This document shows positions 1 through 12,063 of a stretch of DNA of 64,000 bases, in pieces; the first letter of the stretch is position 1, and every line of letters starts with the position of its first letter. Made by a program: the position numbers and the translations under genes. The stretch is from Hydrolagus affinis (lineage: Eukaryota): NCBI GenBank assembly GCA_012026655.1, contig JAAILG010000429.1, forward strand, positions 1 to 64,000. Reading direction: 5' to 3'. Under the pieces are notes generated by a model. The model did not search any database and was not told the origin of the DNA. It was given only the letters and a program-made list of their open reading frames with translations.

Positions 1-189
1 GAGGGACGGTGGGGGGGGGTGGGGGAGGAGAGACGGGGTGGATGTGATAATATACAGATAGATATAGATGGGGGGGATGTGAGAGAGGAGAGAGGAGAGA
101 GGGAGAGAGACACAGAGACACACAGACAGAAAAACACAGAGATGGAGAGGGTGAGAGACACAGAGAGAGAAAGATATTTACCTCCTGAG

Positions 190-358
190 AAGATAGGCCC
201 CAAATGCGCGCGCACCCGGGATGCGCGCGCACCCGGAATGCGCGCGCAGTCCGAATGCGCGCGCATGCGCAGTATGAAAAAAATCGATATTTCGGTATAT
301 CTCGATATGAGCCCATCGATATATTTAATCGGGAAAATTTCCATATCGACGGACCCTA
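190..358. mobile_element. Partial second copy of the same hAT-type MITE, opposite orientation
   Basis: Ends in TATCGACGGACCCTA and shares GGAAAATTTCC, ATCGAT repeats and GCGCATGCGCA with the 28278-28586 copy. Confidence 0.7.
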
Positions 359-408
359 ATTGTTACACATATGTACTTTGACAGCCTCGACGCCAGTAGA
401 TCACTCAC

Positions 409-516
409 TTGCTCCACACCATCCACCCATTTCGGAGGCAACCGTTTAGTAACAGCAATGGCAGCCTCTGGGTCCAAACTGATTCCGGAGACCAATGCCA
501 TGCGATCGTCAGCAAT
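409..516 (-). CDS. STX16: Syntaxin-16 coding exon 3 ([36 protein letters not shown]); gene continues beyond the left edge
   Basis: ccacag| 108 nt |gtgagt. Near-identical to human [36 protein letters not shown]. Confidence 0.97.
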
Positions 517-1797
517 CTGTGGACAAAATAAATCCTTCCATTTGGTATAGCACTGACCACGTCATTGAGACATCTCATAGTCCTGCACAGCAATGTAAAG
601 TGAATTGATTTGTGCGATTGGCCGCTGCGTTTTGCCCACAACAAGTCAGTCAATCCACTTGACAATGTATTCTGTGGAGTATTTTGAGACATATCAACGA
701 TCTGATAAGGTGCTACATCAAATGTAGGGATTATTATTATTTTATGCAGTAGCATTCCCCCCCCACCACACCCCGTTAAACAAGTGTAACTTGTTCTTGT
801 TGTAGTTTTCTCAGAGATTTGCAATGCAATCATTAAAACAGTCTAAACTTGGGGTTTGACTATCAAATTCCTTTGCAATAGAAAAAGCAGGTGCAAATTG
901 TATGAAGAGATCAAATGGGCCACTGGACCTTCTTTGTTTTAACTTCTCCCAGTGTGAAAGGTTGGTTAACTTAGTTTAAAAATTAGACTAAGAATGATTA
1001 TCTCTCCCTTTTAACACCTATTTAAACCACACGCTCATACTGAGCTCAAGCTACACTGTGAATTACCAACCAGCAACCTCAAACTCTGCCTCGTCACTCA
1101 TACATTATTCAGCTGGAAATATATATCATGCATGGACGTGTAAATACAGAGCAAGCTGTCGCATTTGGGATACTTATAATGCCTGATGGACGTGGGTTAG
1201 ACAAAGAAAATAATTTAAATTAACAATGGAGCCCAGGCATATAGTGACAATTTTATGCAGGTAAAATTAGTCCATCCAGCTGCCTATCCAACGTCTATGT
1301 CCCGCCATTGGTAAGACATCATCATTCAGGTTTTCTAGCTCACATCAATTTGGATGATTGCTAACGGGGTAAAATATTCACCAGTGACAGCTCCAGTCAC
1401 TGTCGAATGTTGCTGTATCAAACCAAACTGAAGCCCTTTTACGGGATACAAGCATCCAGAAAGAGTGAAAATTCCCATTGCTATCCTCTGCCCACCCCCC
1501 CCTTCCCCCCCCTATCCCCCACCTAGATCCCATTCTGTACAATGGTAATGGCTCTTAACTTTCAGAGCTGTTTAACTAATCCAATTAGACCAAATATCTC
1601 CATAAAACTGCTTATTTTCCATAACAACACTCGGGTTGATGTTGTAGCATTTGAGTGTAAGTTGACCTTAAGCAGGCTGCTGGAACTTAGCTAATAGCTT
1701 GGTTCAGTCACTCCCTCCCCAGGTGGCAAGGCCATCGCAATGTGAAGGGATGTGCGCACCACAGAAAGGGGAATGAGAAATGATGATTGGACAGTAC

Positions 1798-1809
1798 CTC
1801 ATCCAACTC
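1798..1809 (-). CDS. STX16: Syntaxin-16 12-nt microexon (ELDE)
   Basis: Minus strand reads ctacag|GAG TTG GAT GAG|gtactg. It encodes ELDE, exactly the residues between ...SIAA and LADDR in human STX16. Confidence 0.93.
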
Positions 1810-2025
1810 CTGTAGCGAGTGGTAGCATCCATCAACCCCAGCCAAGCAGGGAGATCAGAATAACGGAAAGAGATAGCAAGCAGTCAGATCAGACAGTGTG
1901 AGAAAAACCACAGTGGTGAATTGTCAAGAAATCACAAAGCAACTGTTTGACCCTCAACAAGGACTGTAACCATGTTCCAATGCTGTTATTCATGCATCAA
2001 CAAGTCTCAGTAACTCCCAGCCAGT

Positions 2026-2113
2026 CTCGCTCACTCACTCACTCACTCACTCATTCCCTCACTCATTCCCTCCCACCCACCCACCCACCCATGCACGCAC
2101 GCACTCACTCACT
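2026..2113. repeat. (TCAC)n/(CCAC)n microsatellite in STX16 intron 1
   Basis: Directly visible. Confidence 0.85.
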
Positions 2114-5100
2114 CGAAAGTTACTCAAAAACACACCGGTGACCAATCCAACAATCGGTCATTAAGATGCTTTAATTTGTATTAATTCATTTCCCTTTGGC
2201 AGAATTTGAACCACGTGATTTCGAAAGTGGTTTGAATCGCAAGCGATGCAATTAAAAAGGGTATTTGCCAAGGTTAGTGAGCTAGCAGCAGCTGTGCCAA
2301 TCTTCTACCATCAAATTGTACTCTGTTGCCTTTTATGGACTGTCTGTGAAACGACACTATGTGGTCCCGACAGTCTGCTCGCTGCTTGACATTCAAAAAC
2401 AGATAGAGCTGGAAAGGCAACACACAATCAGCTCCTGATGCTGTGGGTGTGACCCTTCCTTCATCAGAACCACTTCTGTCCTTGTTACAGAATGCTGTGA
2501 TTCAGTTTTCACTTCATCCGGGCACTTCAAACAAAGCCGCTGTGTGAAGGTGCTGGCAGCTGCAGATTAGACTTTCAGCACCATCGCTCTGAATCACAGA
2601 TATCAGGACAGGACATGAATTGTGCCTGCGTGGGTTGTCTCCCTCCCATTCACTCACAGCCCTGCTCGCACCCCATTACTTTCTGAATGCAATATCATTA
2701 ATCCCTTGAAAGATTGCTTCAAAAGGCACAACTCTCATTACTGCCTCTGATAAAGCCCACCCCTTAAACCCCTCTCACCCACATCCTAAAAGGATCACCA
2801 TGGAAATGGGAATTTTGAGTGCTGAGAATGGTACTAAATTGTGGCTAAAACTATGTACTCAGTTGAGGGAGGTCACTTTTCATACATCCCTATAAGCAAA
2901 TTATAATCTTCCTGTGACATTTCCAGATTGTGCATTAAACCCCCCCCACACTCCCTCCTTTATTCCTCATATGCTGAACAAGCTGCATGATGGGGAGAGA
3001 CAAGACAGATCAAATAGACATGTCTGAATGTTGAGTCAGAATTGGATACAATAGGTTTCTTTGTACGAACAGCAAAACGTTGTTACAGTCCTTGTTTGAA
3101 AACAGTGAAAAGGGAAAAAAAGACCAATACAATATCAACATTTATAGTGTTTCGAGATTTACATCCCATCTTCATCTTCAGTTTGGTGACTGGATCAGCA
3201 ATCGGCACATCGCAATAAATATCCTGTGAGCGGCAGATTATTCCAGATTGATCAGAGCAATTCACATCAACCCTTTGAGGAGTGCCCTCTGTGTTTTACC
3301 CACACTTTTCTTAATCTTAAGCCTTGCATTTGATACAGTGCCTAATTATGTTTGAGAAGTCTCAAAGCGATTCACAGAATACAGTACACTGTGAAGTGAA
3401 TTGACTGAATATTTGGGGGGGTGAAACACGGCAGTCAATCACTCACAGCAGTGTCCACAAAAGTGGTGGATTGAGTGACCAGATTATTATTTATTTTGAA
3501 GGGTTTATTTCCCCTGGAAAAGTGATCTGCCAATCAACTAACTATCAGGTTCGTACTTACTTTTAGGTAAGCAGCGGAGTGTGGAATAAGGACACTTGCC
3601 TAAGGTTTTGTCCTGTTCAGGAATCAAACCCAGTTCCACTCGTTGGCAAGGCGAGTAGTCTAACCAATACACTATAAGCCTTCTTGTACATTGTAAGAGA
3701 GCAGGCTGGCCTCTCCCAGCGGACTTATTCACTCCGAATGGGATCCGGTTGGAGTTATCACATTTTGTTGCAGGGCAACATCAAAGGGTTAATCTAGGCC
3801 ATAACACATCCACTGAAAGCCCAGCACCAACACCACACACAGCAGTCACAATGCACTTGTTAAATCCCAGCACCACTTTTGCTCAGCCCACACCAGTCAC
3901 ATTCCACATTTAGCAAACCCCACCACCAACACCACATCACAATGAAGGAGAGTATCTTCTCCAGCCATTTTTAGCTTTTGATTAACCCATCGAAATGGAA
4001 CTGAAGATTTATTTCATATTTGGGCAACAGCAGAATTGGTGCAGATACATCCAAACCATCTGTATCTGTTAAAAAATATCAAAATCAGACACAAGCACCT
4101 TTTAACAAAATACACGCCATAGAATTTTCTGTTACACTTGTGTCCTTGTTCAATGTTTATCCCCAGATATTAATAGCAACTTGAGAAGACATCCAGGGCT
4201 CATACAGGTCAGACTATATTGAAATCCAGGATTGGAGGATGCAGGGTGAGTTAGATTGAAATAGTGCAAAGAATCTCTCAAATTATCCAAATCAAATCTA
4301 CCACTTTTGGTTTGTAACTTAGTGCACAATATTCCAGTGTGACAGGAGTATCTGTACTGTCAATGATGCTATTAACTTTGTAAAATACTGTTTCGGGCTC
4401 AGCCTATCCAGTCCTCTTGGAAAAGTATGTTTCTCAAACGTTTTCTCTCTCACACACTCAGACACACATAGTTCCACCCCCCAACCCCCACACCCAACGC
4501 CCTCCTCTGCTAAACACAGAGTTTCAGGCAGGGTTGCACTATTAACTGGCACCTATGAAGCTTCATATGAAATTGAAAATCCATTTAATCAAACACTTCT
4601 TCGGATTTTGGAAAATTGGAAATAACTTAATAATACGCCACGTCCCAAAAAGCAGCAATTCGCTCACTAAAGTACATGAATAATTTTCCAGTATCATTGT
4701 TGAGGAGCCCCAGCCTTCACTTGGCATAATTTGAAACAGGTTGATGCATGGTCAACATGAAACTTTTGGTTAATATACAAACCACTGAAAATAAAGAGAA
4801 TAAACTCCTATCTAAATGACACTTCACTTTAAAGGCACTCGTTTTTCCAGGCCTGCTTATATTAGCTTGTTCTTTCGTAAACATGACATCAAATTAAGAA
4901 GAGTTGAATACCAACCAACCTGAACATTCAGCCACCTTAGCTATAATGAGACTCAATCATTGTAAACCCAACACCCCCCCATCAGCAGGAACTCCATCCT
5001 GGAACCCCTCTCCCTTATCTCCTCCCTTGCCTCCCTCAAGGCCCATCTCAAGACCTTCAGTCATCTTCCCTCCACCACCCCTCTCTGATCTCACACCACA

Positions 5101-6014
5101 GCTTGGGTGCAAAACCCTTATTGTCCAGAGCCTTGGGACGTCCTCCTAATGTGAAAGGCGCTAAACAAATGCAATTTGTTGTTGTTGTTGACTGTAGCAT
5201 TCACCTTCCAAAGGTCTATTTAATGTCAGAGTTTATTAACAACACAATCTAAGTTCCGAACACCCATAAGAGATTCCAGCATACGTTCTGTTCATTCTCC
5301 CGCCTGATTGACATGATCACCACAGGCTTCATGAGGAACAAACAAACCCAAATATCACCAGTCTAACCAATGCAGTAACATTAAAATAAGTTTATAGTCG
5401 AGAGCAACCAAAATAGAAGTTGACATTTCCAGGAGATAAATCCTAAACCTAGAACTTAATAATGCAACTGAACGTAAACTTATGGAACTGACAAAACCGG
5501 AAACTTCTTTTGTAGCTGTACTAGTCTACTACTAGACTGGCTCAGTGGTTGAACTTGGGAGCAGGATGTTTTAGGTCTGAATCTGTTTTAGGTCTGTTGG
5601 ATCCACTCAGCCGTTCAATTTCAATAGTCTAAAAATATCCTCCTTTGAATGTGTGTGTGTATGTGAGTTGTTGAGTAGGTAAAAAGTTTAATGTAGATGA
5701 TCAGAGATTCTTTATCCATCTAGAATTTGACATCTCCTCCAGCCCTATCTCCCACCCTTACCCTCAGTTCTTACAACTCTGCTTGTTCCTTACTTCTGTC
5801 CCACTATCAGCGGCTATGATGGCCTGGCCACTGGAACTCTCTCAAAAGCCCTTCACCTTGACCATGCTCTTCCTTCCTTCAAACCCCTCCATAGACTCCT
5901 TGAATTAAAGCGCCTTAACCTTCACCTTCAAATTGTCCCTCCCTACTTGGTAAACCCCATCATTGTTGGGAAGCACTTTTGAGTCGTGTCATCTTACAGT
6001 AAGCAGCAGGCGAT

Positions 6015-6360
6015 AGACAACTACACACTGACGGATGCCAATCGGGAGGGCCTCGGTCTTGTCGATGTTCAACTGTACAAAGTTAGCTCTCATCCAGGAC
6101 TCGACGTGCGACAAGACGTTGTCAGGACAGCAGTGGTCCTGGAATTGAGGGTGGAGGCCGTGAGATACAGCCGAGTGTCATCTGCACACATGTGTAAGTT
6201 GACTGCGGATGTCGCCAGGCGGGAGCCTGACCCTCCTCTTCGCCTGTGGACCCTCACCCTCCTGCCCCCACCCTCCCTCTCGATCCCAAACTCCAAAGCT
6301 CCTTGGGACGTTCTCCCTGAAGTGAAAGATGCTGTCTCTAAAAGCAATGTGTCTCTGTGG
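6015..6360. mobile_element. L2 fragments: RT-core piece on - strand abutting an L2 3' tail on + strand
   Basis: Minus strand [11 protein letters not shown] is a decayed YADD motif. Plus strand CCTTGGGACGTT...GTGAAAGATGC matches the tail. Confidence 0.6.
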
Positions 6361-6516
6361 TAGTTGGTTGTGTGTCTGTGTGTGTGTGTGTGTCTGTGTG
6401 TGTGGGGGGGGGGGGGGGGGAGTTACAGCCTGAGCCCTGGGACCTGTTGCTATTAACATACCCTCCCCTCCCCCACACACACTGGCATCTAAAGGGCCAA
6501 ATGGCTGTAGACTCAC

Positions 6517-6645
6517 CGCAGCAGCGCTACGTGTACCCAGAGGGCTGCTGGAGAAACTACTCACTTGCTCGGCCAACAAATGCCGCGTTTGGATGGCATT
6601 GTTCCGCATTAGCACGAAGGCGTCTGTCAGGCGCCGGGTCGCCAT
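6517..6645 (-). CDS. STX16: Syntaxin-16 coding exon 1 ([43 protein letters not shown])
   Basis: Translation matches the syntaxin-16 N-peptide (human [16 protein letters not shown]...). 129 nt, phase 0, followed by a GTGAGT donor. An internal alternative donor CAA|GTGAGT ends the exon at 6565. Confidence 0.97.
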
Positions 6646-7000
6646 GTTGACTGTTTGTTTGTTACCCTCCCCCCCACCCTCCCCTGTGGAGACCTGGCCC
6701 TGACCCCCGCCCTGACCCCGGCAGCCAGTCACCACACCAACGCTCCCGGGGCCGGGGGCTCACGTCCGCCGCCTGTTTCCGCTTCAAACATTCAAGGGCA
6801 GGGAGGAGGAGGAGAGCGGGAGCGAAAGGAAAGGGGTTAGTGTGGGGTGGGGGGAAGAGATCGGTGAGACGCCGGAAAGCCGCCTCGCCCCCACTTCCGG
6901 TGCCACCTCAGGCGAAGCTCCGACCTGAGGACAAACCGGAAGTCCCCCCGGCGGAGTGCTGGGGACGGACCCGCGCAGTGCGCATGCGCGCTCAGTCATT
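6540..7000 (-). promoter_or_regulatory. CpG-island promoter/5' UTR of STX16 with ETS/GABP and NRF1 motifs
   Basis: GC/CpG-rich. Contains CACTTCCGG (~6892-6900), ACCGGAAGT (~6935-6943) and TGCGCATGCGCG (~6979-6990), typical housekeeping promoter motifs. Confidence 0.8.
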
Positions 7001-7051
7001 CCTCAGGCAGTTCAAAACTATCAACAACATCATCGTCTGATATTTCCCGGT

Positions 7052-7158
7052 GTCTCCCCCTCCCCCCCTCCTCCCACCTCCCTCCCCTCCTCCACCTCCC
7101 TCCCTCCTCCCCCCTCCCCCCCTCCTCCACCTCCCTCCCTCCTCCCCCCTCCCCCCCA
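7052..7158. repeat. Homopyrimidine (CCT/CCCT)n tract
   Basis: About 105 bp almost entirely C/T. Confidence 0.85.
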
Positions 7159-7593
7159 TACAGCGAACCACAAACAGTCATGGATTCAAGTGACCAATTG
7201 ATTATATTGTTTTCCCCTTGAGGGGTTATTATCAGGTGTGTGGAGCAATAATAACTGAATGTGGATGTTTGAACATTATCAAATCATCAAGTATTGTTTC
7301 AGACTGAGCTGATGTGAGCTCTGGAGTTTATTTTGCTTCTGTATTTTCTTGCGTTGACACCTGATGTCCACCAGAGGGAGGAGGTGCGGCCATAACCCCC
7401 TGACCTGCTGATAACTACACCCTTCAGATCTATCTACAGCTTTGGGATTTCCATGTGTAGGTGGAATGCAAATCTCAGCTTGGTCTTAACCATGGCTGGC
7501 CATACTGACCCACCTACCTACCCACACACACACACACACTGTTGATTGTTGAGTGAAGGTAAAGTGTAAATTGGGTTAAAAACTCAGTGATTT

Positions 7594-8300
7594 ACAACAA
7601 CAAAATTACATTTGTAAAGCACCTTTTGCGTCGGGAGGACATCCCAAGGCACTGGACAAACAGTGTTTTGGACCCTGCGGGGTCAGGATTGGGAAGAGGG
7701 AAGGGAAGAGAGGAGGAGGGTCTTGAGGTGGGACTTGAAAGAGGCTAGAGAGGAGCCGAGGAGGAGGGACTGTGGGATGGAATTCCAAAGGTTGGGGAGC
7801 AGAGTAGCTGAAGGCTCGCCCACTGATGGTGGGGTAGGTGGGTCAGGGAATATGGAGCGGACTGAAACACGCTGAGCAGAGGGAATGGGCAGGTTGGTAG
7901 GGGGTGAGGAGATCGGGCGGGGTGGGGCAAGGAAATGGAGGGTTTTAAAGGTGAGGAGCAGGATCTTGAATCCTTTGAGTGATGGGAAGCCAGTGGAGTC
8001 AGTCGAGAATGTGGGTGATAGAGGGGTGGAGCTTGGTGTAGGAGGACACGGGCTGCAGAGTACTGGATGATCCACAGACTATGGAGAGAGGAATTAGGGA
8101 GACTGACAAGTAGGGTGTTGGGATAGTTGAACTTGTACGTGATGAAGGCATGAATGAGAATTTCAGTGGCGAGAGGGGTGAGCTAGTGGCAGAGTCAGGC
8201 AATGTTGTGGAGGTGAGGGAAGGCAGAGCGGGTCATGGCATGGATGTGGGGGAGGGAGGGAGAAAAGACAGTTGAGATCGAACAAGACACCTATTTTCCA
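7594..8300 (-). mobile_element. L2-clade LINE 3' fragment
   Basis: Decayed ORF2 C-terminus (FKILLLTFKTLH.LAP, LWNSIPQSL, SFKSHLKT) and (GTT)n tail with a 3' stem-loop. Confidence 0.85.
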
Positions 8301-8344
8301 AACTGGGTGTCTTGTTCTCTGATCTTAAACCACTTTGTGACAGA

Positions 8345-8650
8345 ATTAGGGACTTCAGTTACAAGGAGAAGCTAGAGAAGCTAGGATTATTCTCCTTGGA
8401 GCAGAGAACATTAAGAGGAGACTTAATAGTTTGGATCTGGAATGCATTACCTGAAAGGTGGTGGAAGTCAATTCAATAACAACTTTTAAGAGAGAAGCAG
8501 ATAATTATTTGGGCAGGACTAGTTTGCATGGCTATGGAGAGAGAGCAGGGGAGTTGGATTGATTTGGACAGCTCTTTTCAAAGAACCAGTGCGGACACGA
8601 TGAGCCAAACGGCCTCCTTCTGTGCCGTATAATTCTTTGATTCTATGATT
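8345..8650 (+). mobile_element. CR1-clade LINE 3' fragment
   Basis: Encodes YKEKLEKLGLFSLEQR.LRGDL and ends GGCCTCCTTCTGTGC...ATTCTATGATT. Confidence 0.85.
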
Positions 8651-10994
8651 TGAACCAGATTAAAAGTTTCTGCCAACGATCAGATTAGGTCAAACTCTGA
8701 TTGTATCTCTTGAAGGGAAATGAGAGGGTTGCCTTTGAGTTGTGTAAGTGGTTCGTGATTACTGGCGTGACCTGGTGGAGAGATGTGACGGGCTGTTTTG
8801 AAGTGTTATCTGGTGGCGCTGCGGGTAGGAGCCTTGGGAGGTATCAGAGGCCGCACTGAACCTGAAGACTCAGCCCCACCCCGGCCTTTGATGACAGTGG
8901 GAGAGCGAGCTCCTTATCTTTCATTACAGTCAGTCATTAGTGGGACCGCATCAAAAGCTCACTTCACATCAAAAGCCCCTTCTCCCCACTTCCACCACCT
9001 CCTCCGTCTCCTTCTCATCTCGTGTTGTCAACCAAGCAGAAGTCCTTTTATCCCCTGCATGCATACAGGAGTGCAGGTGATACTGAGTGTGTAATCTGAT
9101 CACCACAGCTGGCTTCACACTGCTTGACAGCCAGGCATGGGCCCACTGTCATCAGTCAGTTTTCTCTCTGAAGAACGGAGACAACAGTTAGTCCCAGATG
9201 TGTTGACAGCAGAATAATAATAATAAAAATAATCCTTGCATTTAATGTATAGTCTCAAGCGGAGGAGACTGTTGATGTGTTGAGCTGTGACACATGGGTT
9301 GAGTTCACAAGGCTGACAGACTGGGATCTAAACCTAAAGCAGGTTGGTGCCTCAGTCAGCGGAGCTACCCCAGATCTTATCTCAACTTATAATAAGGTCT
9401 GTGTCTTAGTGCCTGTTCGTTCCAGAATAGGACATTCATCTCAGTGTCGCTATCTAATGCTTCATTATCTTAGTTCCTGAATTAAGAGGTTTTTTGGCCT
9501 TGTACCTCTTGCCTTCTTGATTTAAGTGCATTTTTCACCCTGTGATGTTGGCTCAGACGTGTGGTGTATTTCCTTCACGGGATGAGATATTGTAGATAGC
9601 AGTAGGAGGCAGCTGTGTATCAGTGTTCCCATTTCCTGCCCTGGCTAGTGTAAACAGGTGAGGTGCCTGGACACGCAGCAAGTAATAGATGTGTGTTCCT
9701 CCCCCACTTGCACCGCACCCACGCTTCATTCTAACTCAGTAAACTTTTCACCTGGGCCATTCCCCCCGTACATCGGCACATCCACAAAGTCCTATCTTCC
9801 CCTGTGTGTTTTTTGTCTTTCTGTGAATTTTTATTTTCTGTTGCAGATGAGTTGAGTGAAACAATGTCTGACACCAGTACCTTCCTCCTCATTCCACTCA
9901 TGTTACAGAAGATGTGGCACTGAACATGGTGACGGATCATTATCTGCCATGACTGAAGATACAATAAATTGGTCACTCAATCCACAACTGTTTGTGGGAC
10001 ACTGCTGTGCGCACTTGACTGCCACGTTTTGCCCGCAAAATATACGGTCAAATCACTTTATAGTATATTCTGTGAAGCGCTTTGAGACATGATAAAAGGC
10101 TACATCAAATGCAAAGATTATTATTAATATATGTTAGTTTCTCCAGAGAGGTATCTGCTGTGGAATGAATAACAAGCATTATTAGCTCAGCATCATCCTC
10201 TCTTTGTGCCTTCAAGGCAATCCTGGCTGAGTAATAAAAGTGGATTCATGAATGCGCACACACACACACATGCACACACAGCCTGGTAATCTGATCTGAG
10301 CATTAGCATTAAAACTTTCACCTCTTTCCCCCAAAGGATAAGTAAAGATGTGATGACCAAAGGGTTGTTTCTCTGTGAAAGGTGTGAAAGTTCCACCTCA
10401 GGACTCAGTGGAGTCTCTGGAGGGTTGAGATAAAAAGCAGGAAAGTTGGACACTTAAGTGCGGCTCATTTGGAATCGATTGACTGGAACAAGCTGGTTGA
10501 TCAGAGGCAGGAGGTTCTGAAGTGGGCTGGTCACCATAGGCTCCTAGAGTGGCCAAAGTTTTGAAACACATTATTGCAGACTTGAGGTCAACTTCCACAT
10601 GTATGTAGATGACACCCAAATCTGCTTCTCCTCCAGCTGTGACTTCTAGTCCACTATTGTTACATGTGTTTGTGTCTGACTGTCTGTCAGTGAGCTGTGT
10701 GTGTGTCTGTGTTCATGAGTGATGTGTTTGTGTGTTATTGGGCTGTGTAGGTGTCACAGTGTTGATGGGCTGCCCCAGTCAGTGCCGAGTGGCTGCTGTT
10801 ACAGATGGGAGTGAGGAGAGGATTATCTTACACTTTCTGTGAATGTCACACCTCCCTAGGGTGTGGAGCTGTGTTACCCAGAGTCTGCTGTGAGCTGGGG
10901 GTGTGGAGTTGGAGACTAAACACTGACAGAGACTGGAGGTTTAGCTATGCAGTCGGTGTGTCTGCTGAGAGCCTGTCACTCTCTGGGCTGGGAC

Positions 10995-11055
10995 ATGGCT
11001 GGGCTAGGGTTCCCATCTGTGTGTCTGTCTCTCTGGCTCCTGTTCGCTGCCACTG
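10995..11055 (+). CDS. APCDD1L: APCDD1-like coding exon 1, signal peptide (MAGLGFPSVCLSLWLLFAAT-G)
   Basis: gacATGG start, hydrophobic signal-peptide-like stretch and a G|GTGAGT phase-1 donor that matches the phase-1 start of exon 2. Confidence 0.8.
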
Positions 11056-11857
11056 GTGAGTCCATGACTGAGATTCCCTAACAGCTTCACTCAGACTGTG
11101 ATCCCGGTGTGATGTTAACCTGGTTATTAACCCCAGGGACAGGCTGTGACTCCAAACTCTGGTGGTCTTTGCTGTGTCAATCAGTGTATGCAGTGTTCAT
11201 GTATAGGTGTGAACACATGTAGATGTTTGTACGTATTTGCACCTGAGTATGTTTTGCGTGTGTCTATTTGTGTCTAGTGATTTGTAAGTGTGTGTGTCAC
11301 TGGGTGAATGTGCATGGATGCATGCATGTGTAAATTCTGAGTGCATGTACTAATAATAATCCTTGCATTTGACATAGCGCTTTTCACATCTTATCGACAT
11401 CTCCAAGCGCTTCACAGAATGTACTATAAAGTGAATTCACTGTATATTTGTGGACGAAACACGGCAGCCAATTGCGCACAGCAGTGTCACACAGACAGTT
11501 GTGGATTGAAATTACCAATTTTTATTATTGTGGGTTTTTTTGGACAGATTATTATTGGACATGTGGAGTAAGGAAACTTACTGTGTGTATGAGTTTGTGT
11601 GGGTGCATATTTGAATGTACACTTGATTTTGCATATGTGTATGTTTACATGAGTGTGTAGGACTCATTTAATTGTTGTGATTTTGGCCTTTCGTGAGCCC
11701 AAAGGGCAAGTGTAAATTATGTGTAAATCATTGTACCTGTAGTTAATTACATAGATATCAAACAGTCCTTTTCATTAGGCATTAATTATATAACAAAGTG
11801 CACAATAAGGCTGTCTTTGGGACGTCCTCCCGACGTGAAAGGCGCTCTATAAATGTA

Positions 11858-12063
11858 CCAAAACCGAAGTTGCTGGGGAAACTCAGCAGGTCAGGCAGCA
11901 TCCATGGAGAAAGAAAAAGAGTCAACGTTTTGGGTCTTCAACCCTTCATCAGAACTGGCGAGTTTTTCGCCAAAAAACCTGGCGAGTTTCTCACTCTGCT
12001 GAGTTTCTCCAGCAACTTCTGTTTTTGTTTCAGATTCCCAGCATCTGTAGTATTTTGTGTTTT
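11858..12063. mobile_element. Penelope-like inverted pseudo-LTR insertion inside an L2 tail, with a mutated hammerhead (11920-11956, - strand)
   Basis: 29-bp inverted arms at 11861-11889 and 11996-12024. Flanked by the duplicated target GCTCTATAAAT(G/A)TA at 11844-11857 and 12064-12077. Confidence 0.7.

Noticed and set aside
2395-2472. Third hammerhead on - strand (CUGAUGAAGG...)
   Set aside because: The GAAA box and helix III are lost, so it is a decayed Penelope remnant. The copy at ~63090-63175 is similarly decayed.
6178-6735. 185-aa ORF as a single-exon protein
   Set aside because: Only 6517-6645 matches STX16; the rest is UTR and intron read-through including (CA)n.
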